DNA of 64,000 nt from an uncultured virus (IMG/VR IMGVR_UViG_2061766007_000696) (Duplodnaviria; Heunggongvirae; Uroviricota; Caudoviricetes), in the IMG/VR virus record IMGVR_UViG_2061766007_000696; one strand, 5' to 3'. Below are positions 46,030 through 56,764 of this stretch, piece after piece. Position numbers and translations under genes: made by a program. How positions within the stretch are numbered: the stretch's first letter is position 1; each line of letters opens with the position of its first letter. Under the pieces are notes generated by a model that was not told the DNA's origin, made no database searches, and was given only the letters and a program-made list of their open reading frames with translations.

Positions 46030-48250
46030 ATGGGAATGTCGATTGATGAATCCAGACAATTACTATCCCAATATCAGAAATTATTCAACAGCCTCAATGG
46101 GGATTACAAATTAAGCCAAGTACAAATATCGGAGCTGAGGCATTCTATCGGTACTGCATTAGATATCATGCATAAGTATCAACAGATAGAACAAATTTAC
46201 AAAGAGTGGTTTTCAGATATTGGAAGAACAAGCGCAGATGCCTACAGAAGAATAGGAGAAGTATTAAAAGATGGGAATGTCGATTGATGAAGCCATTAAT
46301 CACGGGAAAGAACAACTGGAGATATTTGGCGGTGATCATAAGGAATTTATTGAAACTGCAATAGAAACAATGCTCAAATATCAAGAAATAAGAAAAATCT
46401 ACATGACTCATCATTATACAGATGAAGAGGTTATAGAGAAAATCAAAGAGGTAATTAAATGGGGATGACACTTGATGAAGCTATTCAGAGATACAAAAAC
46501 AATGCCGAATATGAGCGTACACATGGTAATCTGCAAGGCTGTTTAGAGTTTAGACAGCTTGCGGAATGGTTAGAGCAGTTACAGAAGATACAACAGATAC
46601 TAAAAGAAATTCCTTATGGTGGTGATGCTACTCTAAGGAGAATACAAGAGGTAATAGAAGATGGGAATGATGATTGATAAACCGTACAGAACGATAACAA
46701 TGCCTAAATGCCCTTATTGCAATTACAAACATTCTAACTGTTCGCCGAGCAATTACAATTGGTCTAAACTGGTTGGAATGGCAACAGGCACAGGAAGTAC
46801 TGATGTTAAATTAAAATGTGAGAATTGTGGGAATTATTACAGAGTCAAGTGTAATATAAGATTTTTCGGAAGTGGAGTAGAAGATGGGAATGTCAATTGA
46901 TATTGATGGTTCAATCAAAGAACTTAGTGAATGGAGAAAACACCTTAACTATGATAATGGCGATTACTGCTATGGTGATGATACTACTAAGCATTCTTTA
47001 GATGTTGCAATAGAAACCATGTACAAGTATAAGCAGATAGAGCAGATACTTGANNNNNNNNNNNNNNNNNNNNNNNNNNNNNNNNNNNNNNNNNNNNNNN
47101 NNNNNNNNNNNNNGTCGATTAAAAAAGCTATTGTAGGTTTAAAAACTGAACGACAACTATCAGTAGATAATATAGATATATATGATTCAGAAGAATCAAG
47201 ACGTGACGCACTATACTATGTGTCAATTCTTGAAGCAGCCATTGAAACCATGTGCAAGTATCAGAAGATAGCAGAAATAACTGAACCATTAAAGAAATTA
47301 TCCTTTGATGAAATGAGTGACATTGAAAGAAGGATATTAGAGGTGGTAGAAGATGACTAATGTTATTTATCCAAGTCCTTTAGCAGAGGAAATAAGTTAC
47401 GAACAAATAAAAGATGGTTTGAAAATACATAACCCTTATGGAGTGCCAGAAGTTGCGCATAATAGATGTTGTGATGAGGCTATTAAGTGTATAGAAAAAC
47501 TAGAGAAGATAGAACAGATAATAAAAGACCATGATGCTGATAGAATGCCCGAAGATTATTGGTATATAGATAAGATCAGAGAGGTTTTAAAAGATGGGAA
47601 GATTGATTGACACAAACGATATACGAGTGAAACCACAGTATATGCAAGACATTATGGGAATTGCAATGATAAGATGTGAGGATTTATCAAGAATATTAGC
47701 AGATGTTCCAACAGTAGAAGCAATCCCAAAAGCCGACTACGAAGCTCGCTTAAAAGCTGATATGGCGACTATGTTGGAAGAACTAAATTCAGAGATTAGG
47801 AAACAATATGTTTGGCAAGTAGACCAATGGGATGCAGGTCTAAATGTAGGAGTCGGTAGATGTTCTAATTTAGTTCAACATAAAATTGATGCACTAAAGG
47901 AACAAACAGATGAAACATGAAACATATCTATGTGGGGATGGACATTCTAAATGGGGTATTTGGAATATTCGCAAGAAAGAATTTCAATTTGGAATATGTG
48001 AAGATACTCCTATGCTTGCTGAAGCAAGATTATTCCAGAAAATTGGTAAAGATGGACATAAATACAGATTTCAAGTAAAAGCTATATCTAAGGGGCAGAC
48101 AGATGGGAATGACGATTGAGAAAAGCAAAGATATTTTAGAGGACGTAGTTGCATATATGGCTAGTTNNNNNNNNNNNNNNNGTATATGCTAATCATTCAT
48201 ACTCTGAAATATGCAATGCAATAAGAACGCTTGAAAAAATCGCTGATAAA
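46030..48250 (+). repeat. array of short overlapping ORFs with recurring junction repeat (A)GATGGGAATGTCGATTGA and related variants
   Basis: starts at 46030, 46271, 46459, 46661, 46884, 47594 and 48103 encode MGM(S/T/M)(I/L)(D/E) or MGRLID. Confidence 0.8.
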
Positions 48251-48713
48251 GCCGACTACGAAGAAAGACTTGCAGTTAAGGAAGGGCTTGAAAATGATTA
48301 GAGTAGTGAAATGGAAAGAGTTGTTTACAAGGACAGAAGTAGAAGAAATAGTTGTAGATATATTGACAGAGATACAGTCGGAGATAAGGGAATATCACGA
48401 AATTGGTTGTGATGAAGATTGTAATAATTGTCGTATGGTGGGCTGTGTCGAGCCAGTAAACGTTATTAAAGATTTAGATATTATCCAACAGAAAATTGAT
48501 GCGCTAAAGGCTGAAAGTGAGAATAAAAAATGAAGTGTGAAGATTGTATAGAATGGGAATATTTTGATGGTTATGGTTACGGCTGTTTTTGTATGAAAAC
48601 AATGACACCTATTGACGCAGATAAATGTGAATTCTACGCAGACAAAAGACCTGATATACCACATTCGTGGAAACCATCAAAAATACTTCTTGAAAACGAG
48701 GCAGACAATAGGA

Positions 48714-48938
48714 ATGACTGAGTATCAAATAGAGCGTCAAAAGATTTCATTAAAGCCATGTCCTTTTTGTGGTGGAGAAGCAAGGCTTAAAAAACACCAA
48801 AGACTAGAACAAACATGGTATGTTCAGTGTAAGAATTGTGGGATAAGAACACCATATTTTACACAAGCAGCTTATGAATCTTGGAAAGAGACAAGAGATT
48901 ATCCTATAAAAATGTGGAATAGAAGAATAGATATATGA
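48714..48938 (+). CDS. Lar-like restriction-alleviation zinc-finger protein
   Basis: LKPCPFCGGEA..CKNCG..WNRR. Confidence 0.7.
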   Translation: MTEYQIERQKISLKPCPFCGGEARLKKHQRLEQTWYVQCKNCGIRTPYFTQAAYESWKETRDYPIKMWNRRIDI

Positions 48939-49084
48939 TATAAATAACCCTACATAGTAGATTCAAAGAAAATTTAACTACAACAACTATAAATGCTGTG
49001 TAGGGTTTTATAAGGTGGAAAAAGTTTTGATCACATATTACATTTTTAGATTACTTGAAATAATTATATTGGGGTACGATAATT

Positions 49085-49281
49085 ATGAAACAAAATTTTT
49101 TAACAACGAAAGACGTTCAGNNNNNNNNNNNNNNNNNNNNNNNNNNNNNNNNNNNNNNGCAATAAAGCTAGTAAATCTGCCTGATTTTCCAAAAGTAAGA
49201 GTAGGAAGATTAATAAGAATCCCGGAAGATGATTTTTATAAATATATGGAATCATATAGGAATCTTTCTATCAATATATAG
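49085..49281 (+). CDS. xis: excisionase-like HTH protein
   Basis: FPKVRVGRLIRIP motif, convergent with the integrase. Confidence 0.7.
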
Positions 49282-49284
49282 AAG

Positions 49285-49320
49285 AAAGCCGACAAACTTT
49301 ATTGCTTGTCGGCTTTTTTT
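49285..49320. terminator. hairpin/terminator at the convergence of xis and int
   Basis: AAAGCCGACAA...TTGTCGGCTTTTTTT. Confidence 0.6.
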
Positions 49321-50436
49321 ATGGCATCTTTCAAGGTCTTAATATCAACACCAACATAAATATTAGCAGTTGTAGTAATATCATTATGACCTAAAAGCTC
49401 TGATATTGTTTTTAAAGGAACATTGAGCTGATATAGGATTGATCCATATCCATGCCTCAAACTGTGAGGGGTATAATCCTTGTTTGAAACATTTGAATTA
49501 TCCAACATCCTTTTTAAAGTTCTCTCGACAGTTCTTCTTGAATAAGGGTTGCTCTTATTTGTGAGAAAAACATAATCGTCCGAAGAATGATTAGGATTTT
49601 CCTGATCCATAATTTTTAAAATCTCACCAGCTCTTTTTCTATAAGGAATAATTCTGGATGAATCTTCAGTCTTTGTATCTTTGTCAATTATCTCATAATG
49701 AGAGATATTACCCTGATTATCTCGAATTTTTACCCTAGTTGTGGTTGAGATTACTCTAATTGTCTCATTCTCTAAATCAACATTTTCCCATTTTAGACCA
49801 CAAGCCTCAGCAAGTCTCAATCCAGAATACATGATAAAAACAAGCATATAAGCAGCTGTTCCATAAACAGGAGTATTCCGTGAGGTCTTTTTAAAAGCCT
49901 CATTATAAAGAATATCCATATCCTCATTTGAGGTGAAACTTATCTGTTTCTTTTTATTTACAACATTTGATTCTGTCGGAACTTTTACTTTTTTTATTTT
50001 AAGATTTGGGAATTGAGTCGGATCTTCATTGATGGCATTTCTTAAGATATTCCAGGTTTTTGTGATTGTTCCTCGCCTGTATGTCTGAGCTAGTTCTTTA
50101 AAATAATCATTGAGATTGTCTGAAATTATTGCTTGTACCTGTCTATTTGCTAACGGATGTTTGAAAAATCTTTGACTCAATGCATCCTCATAAGCATCAA
50201 ATGTCGTAGATTGAAGATTTATGCCGACTTCTTTGTACTTGACCTCGTATAACCAATGTTTGACATATTGACCAAAAGTCAATTTATTGTCAGATAGATT
50301 TATTTTCTTTTCTTGATTTTTGATTTTTTCTTGAACTTCGGCATTGGACTTTCCATAAACGTATTTTCCATCAGTTGTTCTATAATAATAATATTTTTTA
50401 CCATTAACAACTTTANNNNNNNNNNNNNNNTTTCAT
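49299..50436 (-). CDS. int: phage tyrosine integrase
   Basis: SGLRLAE, KT, HSLRH, LGH, Y; start extended to ATG at 50436 across a gap. Confidence 0.95.
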
Positions 50437-50486
50437 AAATATAATCACCTCTTGAAACTGATTATACTGGAAAGAAATTATTATGC

Positions 50487-50736
50487 AACCATGTCAAATA
50501 TTGACATAGTTTTTGAAAATAAAAAACCGAGAACTCTTCGTTCTCGGCTTATTTAATAGTCGGAGTGGCGGGNNNNNNNNNNNNNNNNNNNNNNNNNNNN
50601 NNNNNNNNNNNNNNNNNNNNNNNNNNNNNNNNNNNNNNNNNNNNNNNNNNNNNNNNNNATATGTTCTTGATGTAAATTAATCTAAATTTATCAAAGTTTA
50701 CCCTAATTTATCAAAACCATGTCAAATCATGTCAAA
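50487..50736. other. probable attP region
   Basis: CATGTCAAA repeats (50490, 50718, 50728; inverted TTGACAT at 50501) flank GTCGGAGTGGCGGG, which resembles a tRNA 3' end on the - strand. Confidence 0.6.
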
Positions 50737-50778
50737 CATTAAAATAAATCAAGAAGCGCATAATTACCGCTTTGCTAA

Positions 50779-50851
50779 CACGAGCGCAAGGATTCGAACC
50801 TTGAAATGGCAGATTTGGAGTCTACTGCTGTACCAATTGAGCCACGCTCGC
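50779..50851 (-). tRNA. tRNA-Trp(CCA)
   Basis: reverse complement GCGAGCG..GTAGA-ctccaaa-TCTGC..CAAGG-TTCGAAT-CCTTG-CGCTCGT. Confidence 0.9.
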
Positions 50852-50952
50852 TTAACGAAAACGCCTAGGAGCAAAGCCCCTAGACGAAATCTCAGCACTA
50901 TCCACACAAGGATGGTAGTGAAAGTAACTTCCCAACATAATTGTCGGGAATA

Positions 50953-51672
50953 TCATTTTAATTTCTTTCTCGTCAAGCTACCGCAAACACCATCGGCAGT
51001 AATCTTGGCAGAAGTCTGGAATTCTTTGAGACATCTTTCCGTTTCTGAACCAAAGTCCCCATCAATATCAAGTTTATAACCTGCTTCAACAAGTTCCCAC
51101 TGAAGCCATTTAACAGCCTCTCCAACCATATTTTTCTTAAGAGTAATATGAGGTTCTTTATAAGGATTTGTCCCTTTAGCAGATGAGATAGGAGCGAGAT
51201 TAACCTCGTAGTTATATTTAATCCAGGAAAACGTAAGACCACATGTCCAATTCATAGGATCAAATCTACTACGAATTGTTCCAAAGTCGATACCTTTAGC
51301 CTCATAAACAAAATATCCATCAGACTCATGAGAAAAGATACCAACATGACCTTTACGCCAAACTACCGTACCATTTGCAAAAACACGGTACTGACTAATA
51401 GGAAGTCTCGTATATGCCTGAGAATAAAGCTGAGAACTGCCTAAAACCTTCTTAGTATAAGAGGAGATAAGTCCAGAACAGTCAACACATATTTTTCCGA
51501 CCATTCCTTTGTTCCGAGCTTTCTGCATATATTGAGTTGTAACTATGTTAGGATAAGCTTTGTGCATTGACATCATGAAAGATTCATTTAGAATTTTTAG
51601 CTTGCTACCATAAAAATATGGAGTACCAAGCAAAGATTTTGCATGTTCAACTAAACCTTGTCCAGTAAGCAT
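50953..51672 (-). CDS. endolysin (NlpC/P60 catalytic domain plus peptidoglycan-binding domain)
   Basis: GTPYFYG, VDCSGL, GHVGI; VKWLQ..DGDFG..T..FQ..DGVCG. Confidence 0.9.
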   Translation of the reverse strand: MLTGQGLVEHAKSLLGTPYFYGSKLKILNESFMMSMHKAYPNIVTTQYMQKARNKGMVGKICVDCSGLISSYTKKVLGSSQLYSQAYTRLPISQYRVFANGTVVWRKGHVGIFSHESDGYFVYEAKGIDFGTIRSRFDPMNWTCGLTFSWIKYNYEVNLAPISSAKGTNPYKEPHITLKKNMVGEAVKWLQWELVEAGYKLDIDGDFGSETERCLKEFQTSAKITADGVCGSLTRKKLK

Positions 51673-52360
51673 GTTGTTTACCTCCTTTGAATAAAAAAAA
51701 GGAACAGCCTCAGCTGTTCTCAAAAAATAGTTTATATATAAATTTCTGTTTATTTTTCTCTAATAAATCCTTACTACAATTGAACAACTAGAGATTTTTC
51801 AATGCAATGCCGGGTGACATTCTTTGTCAATCTCTAGATATCAGCAAAAGCATTTNNNNNNNNNNNNNNNNNNNNNNNNNNNNNNNNNNNNNNNNNNNNN
51901 NNNNNNNNNNNNNNNNNNNNNNNNNNNNNNNNNNNNNNNNNNNNNNNNNNNNNNNNNNNNNNNNNNNNNNNNNNNNNNNNNNNNACCTTTCGTTTTCTGC
52001 TTTCAAATTATTTATTTCTTTCATTTGTTCTTCAAGTCTATTTTCTACTTCATAACAGATATATTGGTCATTTTCTTTTAGTAATTGACGAATCATTACA
52101 TCTGTTTCCATAATATACCTCATATCTTTATTTAGTGTACTAACTGTCTTGTTGACATGAATCAGTATTCGGTGGACTATCTTTAACATTTTCTAATTCT
52201 TTAGGTTGATTTAATATGATAATGTCTACGGCTATATTATTTGTGTATTTAATACTCAGCAAATAGATTTACCACTGTTTACTCAGCGTATTTTGCTTTT
52301 CTTCCGTATTTAATGCCTATGCTAAGACAACCACTAGTTTCATTAATGTCTAAAATATAA

Positions 52361-53170
52361 CTAACTCATGTAATTTCCAGTCTTAATACAAAGAATATAA
52401 CCAAACAATGTTCCACTTGATGCACTTGATGCAATATTAGATAAGAAGATATTATTATTCTTCATCATTCTAAAGGCAACATTAGAATTACCAGTGTCTA
52501 TTGTATGAAAACAAAAAAATTTATAACCCGATGGAATAGTAGCTATATTTGGATATTCAATAGTACCGTTAGCTACTAAATTATACGACTTTGAATATTG
52601 AACTAGTTTAAATAAGTTCGTTAAAGCGGAATTTAACTCAGTAACTGCTGTTGAAAGTGTAGTACTAGTAAAGTTACTACTATTAGTACTCCAAGAACCA
52701 GCAGAGCAAGCCGTTGTACATTTATAAAGTGTATTATTATAAATTACATAATTACCAACACTATAAGCTTTACTTGTACTATATTGATCTGTACTCTTCC
52801 AAATCATATCATCAGCTCTTGAGGCAACTGAAGAAGCAGTATTTGCTGTAGAAGCTGCCGAACTTGCTACTGAAGCAGCATCCGAAACATCATTATTTAA
52901 CTGACTAGTATATGCTCCTAATGTGGTTGCTGTAAAACAGTCCTGGTTAGTTGTCCATGAACCGGCTGAACATGCAGTAGTACATTTGTAGAGCTGATTA
53001 TTTTCGATAACAACATCACCTACCGCATAAGCCTTAGAAGATGAGTAGGCATCTGCCTCGTTATTGAGTGCAGAATTTGCCTTATCCTCTAATATATTTA
53101 GTTTAGCTGACGGAACTCCCGCAAACGGTATAAGTTCCCTGGTGTTTTTATCCAAAGTGTTAGAACTCAT
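52361..53170 (-). CDS. tail-fibre/receptor-binding-like protein with two carbohydrate-binding-like repeats
   Basis: MSSNT..PFAGVP; two copies of YSxSKAYxVG..LYKCTTACSAGSW; LNSALT junction then a distinct C-terminal domain. Confidence 0.7.
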   Translation of the reverse strand: MSSNTLDKNTRELIPFAGVPSAKLNILEDKANSALNNEADAYSSSKAYAVGDVVIENNQLYKCTTACSAGSWTTNQDCFTATTLGAYTSQLNNDVSDAASVASSAASTANTASSVASRADDMIWKSTDQYSTSKAYSVGNYVIYNNTLYKCTTACSAGSWSTNSSNFTSTTLSTAVTELNSALTNLFKLVQYSKSYNLVANGTIEYPNIATIPSGYKFFCFHTIDTGNSNVAFRMMKNNNIFLSNIASSASSGTLFGYILCIKTGNYMS

Positions 53171-53219
53171 GATAAAATCCTCCTTTATTATAATTCTATT
53201 GTTTAATATTGTCAAGTAA

Positions 53220-53263
53220 TGCGTGGTAGGGATTCGAACCCTACAGGTGTCCCTTATCACGCA
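53220..53263 (-). ncRNA. tRNA minihelix-like element (acceptor plus T arm only)
   Basis: reverse complement TGCGTG-13nt-GTAGGG-TTCGAAT-CCCTAC-CACGCA. Confidence 0.55.
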
Positions 53264-53426
53264 AAAAATGCCATAAAAGAGATGTTTTACGGCATTTTAT
53301 AAAAACTGGTTTATGAAATTTTAATATGTTATAATATCAGGGCGAGGATGCTGCCGACAACGGTAAAGCGGTTGCTTATTCCCCCTCGGAGTGCAGACTA
53401 AATCTGCTTGAAAAGGGGGTGGTTGT

Positions 53427-53510
53427 ATGACATTACAAGAGCTTTATTATTGCTTGATGATTATCAAAGTGATTATAGACATTGTTATTATCATCACAAC
53501 TGAAAAATGA
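53427..53510 (+). CDS. putative type I toxin, 27-aa hydrophobic peptide
   Basis: MTLQELYYCLMIIKVIIDIVIIITTEK with strong SD, inside long-range inverted repeats. Confidence 0.65.
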   Translation: MTLQELYYCLMIIKVIIDIVIIITTEK

Positions 53511-53609
53511 CCGCGGGCTAGGCAGTCATTCTTCTGAATAGATTATTTTCTTTTCACTAGTTTGCACTCCGAAGCAGCCGTTTTACTGGCAGCATCCTCG
53601 TTTAAAGAT

Positions 53610-53638
53610 ATTATAATATATTTTGTCTTTTTTATCAA
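53610..53638 (-). promoter_or_regulatory. antisense promoter for a putative antitoxin RNA
   Basis: TTGATA-17-TATAAT on the - strand, converging on the toxin mRNA. Confidence 0.65.
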
Positions 53639-54000
53639 TAATGTGGATTTCCGGAAATCTACATCAAATCACAGGATCAGGATTGTTTTCCCATCAAGGG
53701 TATTCTCAAGCTCGGNNNNNNNNNNNNNNNNNNNNNNNNNNNNNNNNNNNNNNNNNNNNNAGATGGTTTGTTTCATCAAAAAGGATCTGCCCATCTTTTA
53801 TCGCTTTTCCTGAGAGGGCAGAAGTAACGCCACGAATGAATTTAACAAGTGACATTAATATCACCATCCTTTCTATTAATCTTAAACCTATCTTTTCGAA
53901 CTTCTAAAATACGAAAAACCGCAAACATAAGATATGCCGCAAGTTTCATAGATTTAACGTATTCTTTTTTAAATTCCATTTATCCTTTTCCTCAATAAAA

Positions 54001-54026
54001 AAGAGAGGGTATAAAACCCTCTCTTT
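54001..54026 (-). terminator. rho-independent terminator
   Basis: AAGAGAGGGT-ataaa-ACCCTCTCTT with T-tract on the - strand, just after the 479-aa gene. Confidence 0.7.
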
Positions 54027-54040
54027 AATACATAATCAAA

Positions 54041-55480
54041 TTAAGATACTGTCTGCCATTCTAAAGCAGAGGCAATAGCATCGTCTGTATAAGCACGACC
54101 GCCATAAACTGTTATATCATCTTTATCATCTTGATTAGTACCTAAAACTGCGGCTGCACTTCCAGCTGCATCAAATGCTGTAGTATCCTCAAGAGCGGCA
54201 CTACCAAGTCCGTGTACTGGAACAGACGTTCCGTCAACATCTATAGCCCCATCAACTGAACCCTCTGTTACAGACTGAACAGCACTACCAGCTGTTCCAG
54301 CAATTTCATCCAGAGCATCCTGAACATTTGTGCTTGTAAGACCAGAAGTTGTATTAGTATAATCGAGGTCTTCAGCTGCGCCAGTTGTAGCAACCTTATC
54401 AAGAACAATATCAGTACCAGAACCAGCACCAATGATACCGTCTGTCTCAGAGATACCAGCCTTGATAGTTACAACACCACTTGTCTCAGAGGCAATTGCA
54501 ACATCATTTGATGTATCAAGAGCAGCAACAGCAGCAGCGGCAGCATCTTTAGCAATCTTAGCAACTGAACCAGTTGTAGAATCAGAGCCATCTAATCTCT
54601 GAAGTGCCTGTTTAACTGTCTCGCCATCACCAGCACCGCTAGATGTCTCAGCTTTGTATTCAATCTTGGATGCATCAATCTTTACGATAGTTGCACTGAA
54701 TACATGATCTGTAAGTGTGAGCTGAACCTCAGTAGCATTAAGCTGAACACCATAGACATCAACAAAAGTCTGAAGGTTTACATACAGAGGATCTGTAACG
54801 TTTTGCATCTCCATCTTGAGATATTTACCAGCATCAGCTGATGTAGGTGTTGTTTCACCTTTAATAAGAGCGGTAACATCAGTCACACCATCATACAGTT
54901 TATCAGAACTGAATGTGATATCAACAATACTAGCCGCCTGAAGCACCTTATCCTTCGGAATATTGATAGTTCCAACAAGAGTAGCAGGATCTGTCAGTGC
55001 CTCAGGTGAATTAGCACCCTGATAAAGTCTGAATACTTTAGCATAATCAGACTGTCCTGAGGAAGCATCTGTCAGCCAAACAGTTTTGGAAGCTACACCA
55101 CCAGCAGAAGCTGTTGCAAGTTCCTGAAGCGCACCTTCTACAGTTTCAGCCGCGATAAGACCACCAGCATCAGCGATTGATACATCAGCAGCTGCACCTG
55201 TAGATGCAATTTTTGCAAGAGAGATATCCTTAGTTGTATCTGTACCAACAGCAATAGAACCATCTGTCTCTTTGATACCCTTAATTGTTACGATACCCTC
55301 AGAAATTGATGCAAGAGCAAACTCAGCAACGTCAAGGTCATTTCTGTCAAGTTTATTTGTTCCCTGATAGAAGCTCTCTCCACCACCTGTTTCTGAAACT
55401 CTGTAGAGAGTACCATTGTCAACAGACTGAAGTGCGTCATATTGTGCACGAGTTAATAATTTAAATAAAACAGAACTCAT
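54041..55480 (-). CDS. virion structural/decoration-like protein with internal repeat
   Basis: Ala/Thr/Asp-rich; duplicated IAS..G.VTIK.I.ETDG.I..G..DI.L.K.A.TGAA block. Confidence 0.6.
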   Translation of the reverse strand: MSSVLFKLLTRAQYDALQSVDNGTLYRVSETGGGESFYQGTNKLDRNDLDVAEFALASISEGIVTIKGIKETDGSIAVGTDTTKDISLAKIASTGAAADVSIADAGGLIAAETVEGALQELATASAGGVASKTVWLTDASSGQSDYAKVFRLYQGANSPEALTDPATLVGTINIPKDKVLQAASIVDITFSSDKLYDGVTDVTALIKGETTPTSADAGKYLKMEMQNVTDPLYVNLQTFVDVYGVQLNATEVQLTLTDHVFSATIVKIDASKIEYKAETSSGAGDGETVKQALQRLDGSDSTTGSVAKIAKDAAAAAVAALDTSNDVAIASETSGVVTIKAGISETDGIIGAGSGTDIVLDKVATTGAAEDLDYTNTTSGLTSTNVQDALDEIAGTAGSAVQSVTEGSVDGAIDVDGTSVPVHGLGSAALEDTTAFDAAGSAAAVLGTNQDDKDDITVYGGRAYTDDAIASALEWQTVS

Positions 55481-55538
55481 AATTGTTCTCCTTTCTTAAT
55501 AAAAAAATTAATTTGTTCTCCATTCAATTGTGTTTTTG

Positions 55539-55937
55539 CTATAATCCNNNNNNNNNNNNNNNNNNNNNNNNNNNNNNNAAATTATCTGAAGAAAAATATA
55601 TAACTCCAGTTCTTCCAGGACGAGGAAATGTATCTAATGTTCCATATACTAATTGAGAATCAGGATTTGATGTGATCTGAATCCATTCATAAGAAGTTGT
55701 TAATCTCCAAAGAATATTGGTTTCAAAGATAAAATAAAATCCTGGAACAAGATTAGGCAACATAATTCCTCTCATATCATCAGTTGCAAGACACATTATC
55801 TGATCATAAAAAACACGACCATTTTCCCCATCAAGGGCAATTTGTCGTGTATCCTCACAAAATATTAAATTTCCAACCTCAACTGCAATCTCACTCAGCT
55901 TGTCAGAGGTTGTGCAGATATATTTTACATTTGCCAT
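55539..55937 (-). CDS. tail-associated hypothetical protein
   Basis: ggaggg SD; position in late module. Confidence 0.55.
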   Translation of the reverse strand: MANVKYICTTSDKLSEIAVEVGNLIFCEDTRQIALDGENGRVFYDQIMCLATDDMRGIMLPNLVPGFYFIFETNILWRLTTSYEWIQITSNPDSQLVYGTLDTFPRPGRTGVIYFSSDNXXXXXXXXXXXGL

Positions 55938-55946
55938 AATCCCTCC

Positions 55947-56744
55947 TTAAATAAAATGAATCGCAAGTTGTTGGTCAGTATAATCATGAGCATTCTGGAT
56001 AGCCCCCTCAGTGCTCTGATTTACGTATTCAGTTATAGTGACTGGTTCCTGCCCCGGAACATCAACATGAGTTAGAGCATCAACTTCATCTTTTGTATAA
56101 GTATTACTTTTATCGGCTTTACCATTTAAAGCCGTATCCATTTCATTCTTTGAATAAACTTCATCAGCGTCTGCTTTATTGGACAGTACAGTATCAATGT
56201 AATCACGTCCGTAAACATCATCTGAATCAGCTTTTTGTTCCAACAAAGTATCTGTCTGAACTTTTGTATAAACATCATTAGCGTTCGCTTTATTGGACAG
56301 TTCTGCCTGTACCGCATTCACGGTAACACCGAGATTAGTAAGAGTTTCACTTATACTTGATATATTTTCCTCAGCAATCTCTAGGCGGTTATCAATACCC
56401 TGAACCTGAGTTTTTAAAGTATCAAGTTCAATCTTTACCTCATAAAATGTTGGTTTATACTGAATACCGTCAAATGTATAAACAACATCATTGACTATAT
56501 ATAAGACCTCAGTATCACCTTCATTTACATCAGGTAATTGTCCGACTCTTTGGACACTTATTTTATTATCGCCAACAATGGTATGTATCTGTTTTTCGGG
56601 ATCGACATAAACAAGATATCCAGTGTCGATGATATAACACCAACATATCCTGTCTATATCCTTTAAAGCACCGTCTATAAGTGCCTGCTCAAGAACGGAG
56701 ACAGTTGAGGCTCTTGCAAAAATTGGTAAAATTAATTGTGCCAT
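55947..56744 (-). CDS. tail-fibre-like protein with KAD..VY repeats
   Basis: four L..KA(N/D)..(D/E/N)(V/T)Y.K/R..D repeats. Confidence 0.65.
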   Translation of the reverse strand: MAQLILPIFARASTVSVLEQALIDGALKDIDRICWCYIIDTGYLVYVDPEKQIHTIVGDNKISVQRVGQLPDVNEGDTEVLYIVNDVVYTFDGIQYKPTFYEVKIELDTLKTQVQGIDNRLEIAEENISSISETLTNLGVTVNAVQAELSNKANANDVYTKVQTDTLLEQKADSDDVYGRDYIDTVLSNKADADEVYSKNEMDTALNGKADKSNTYTKDEVDALTHVDVPGQEPVTITEYVNQSTEGAIQNAHDYTDQQLAIHFI

Positions 56745-56764
56745 GGCATATTTTTATATCCCCG

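Noticed and set aside
46030..48120. CRISPR array interpretation of the recurring junction repeat
   Set aside because: Spacing is 190-500 bp, the repeats are degenerate and protein-coding, and no cas genes are present.
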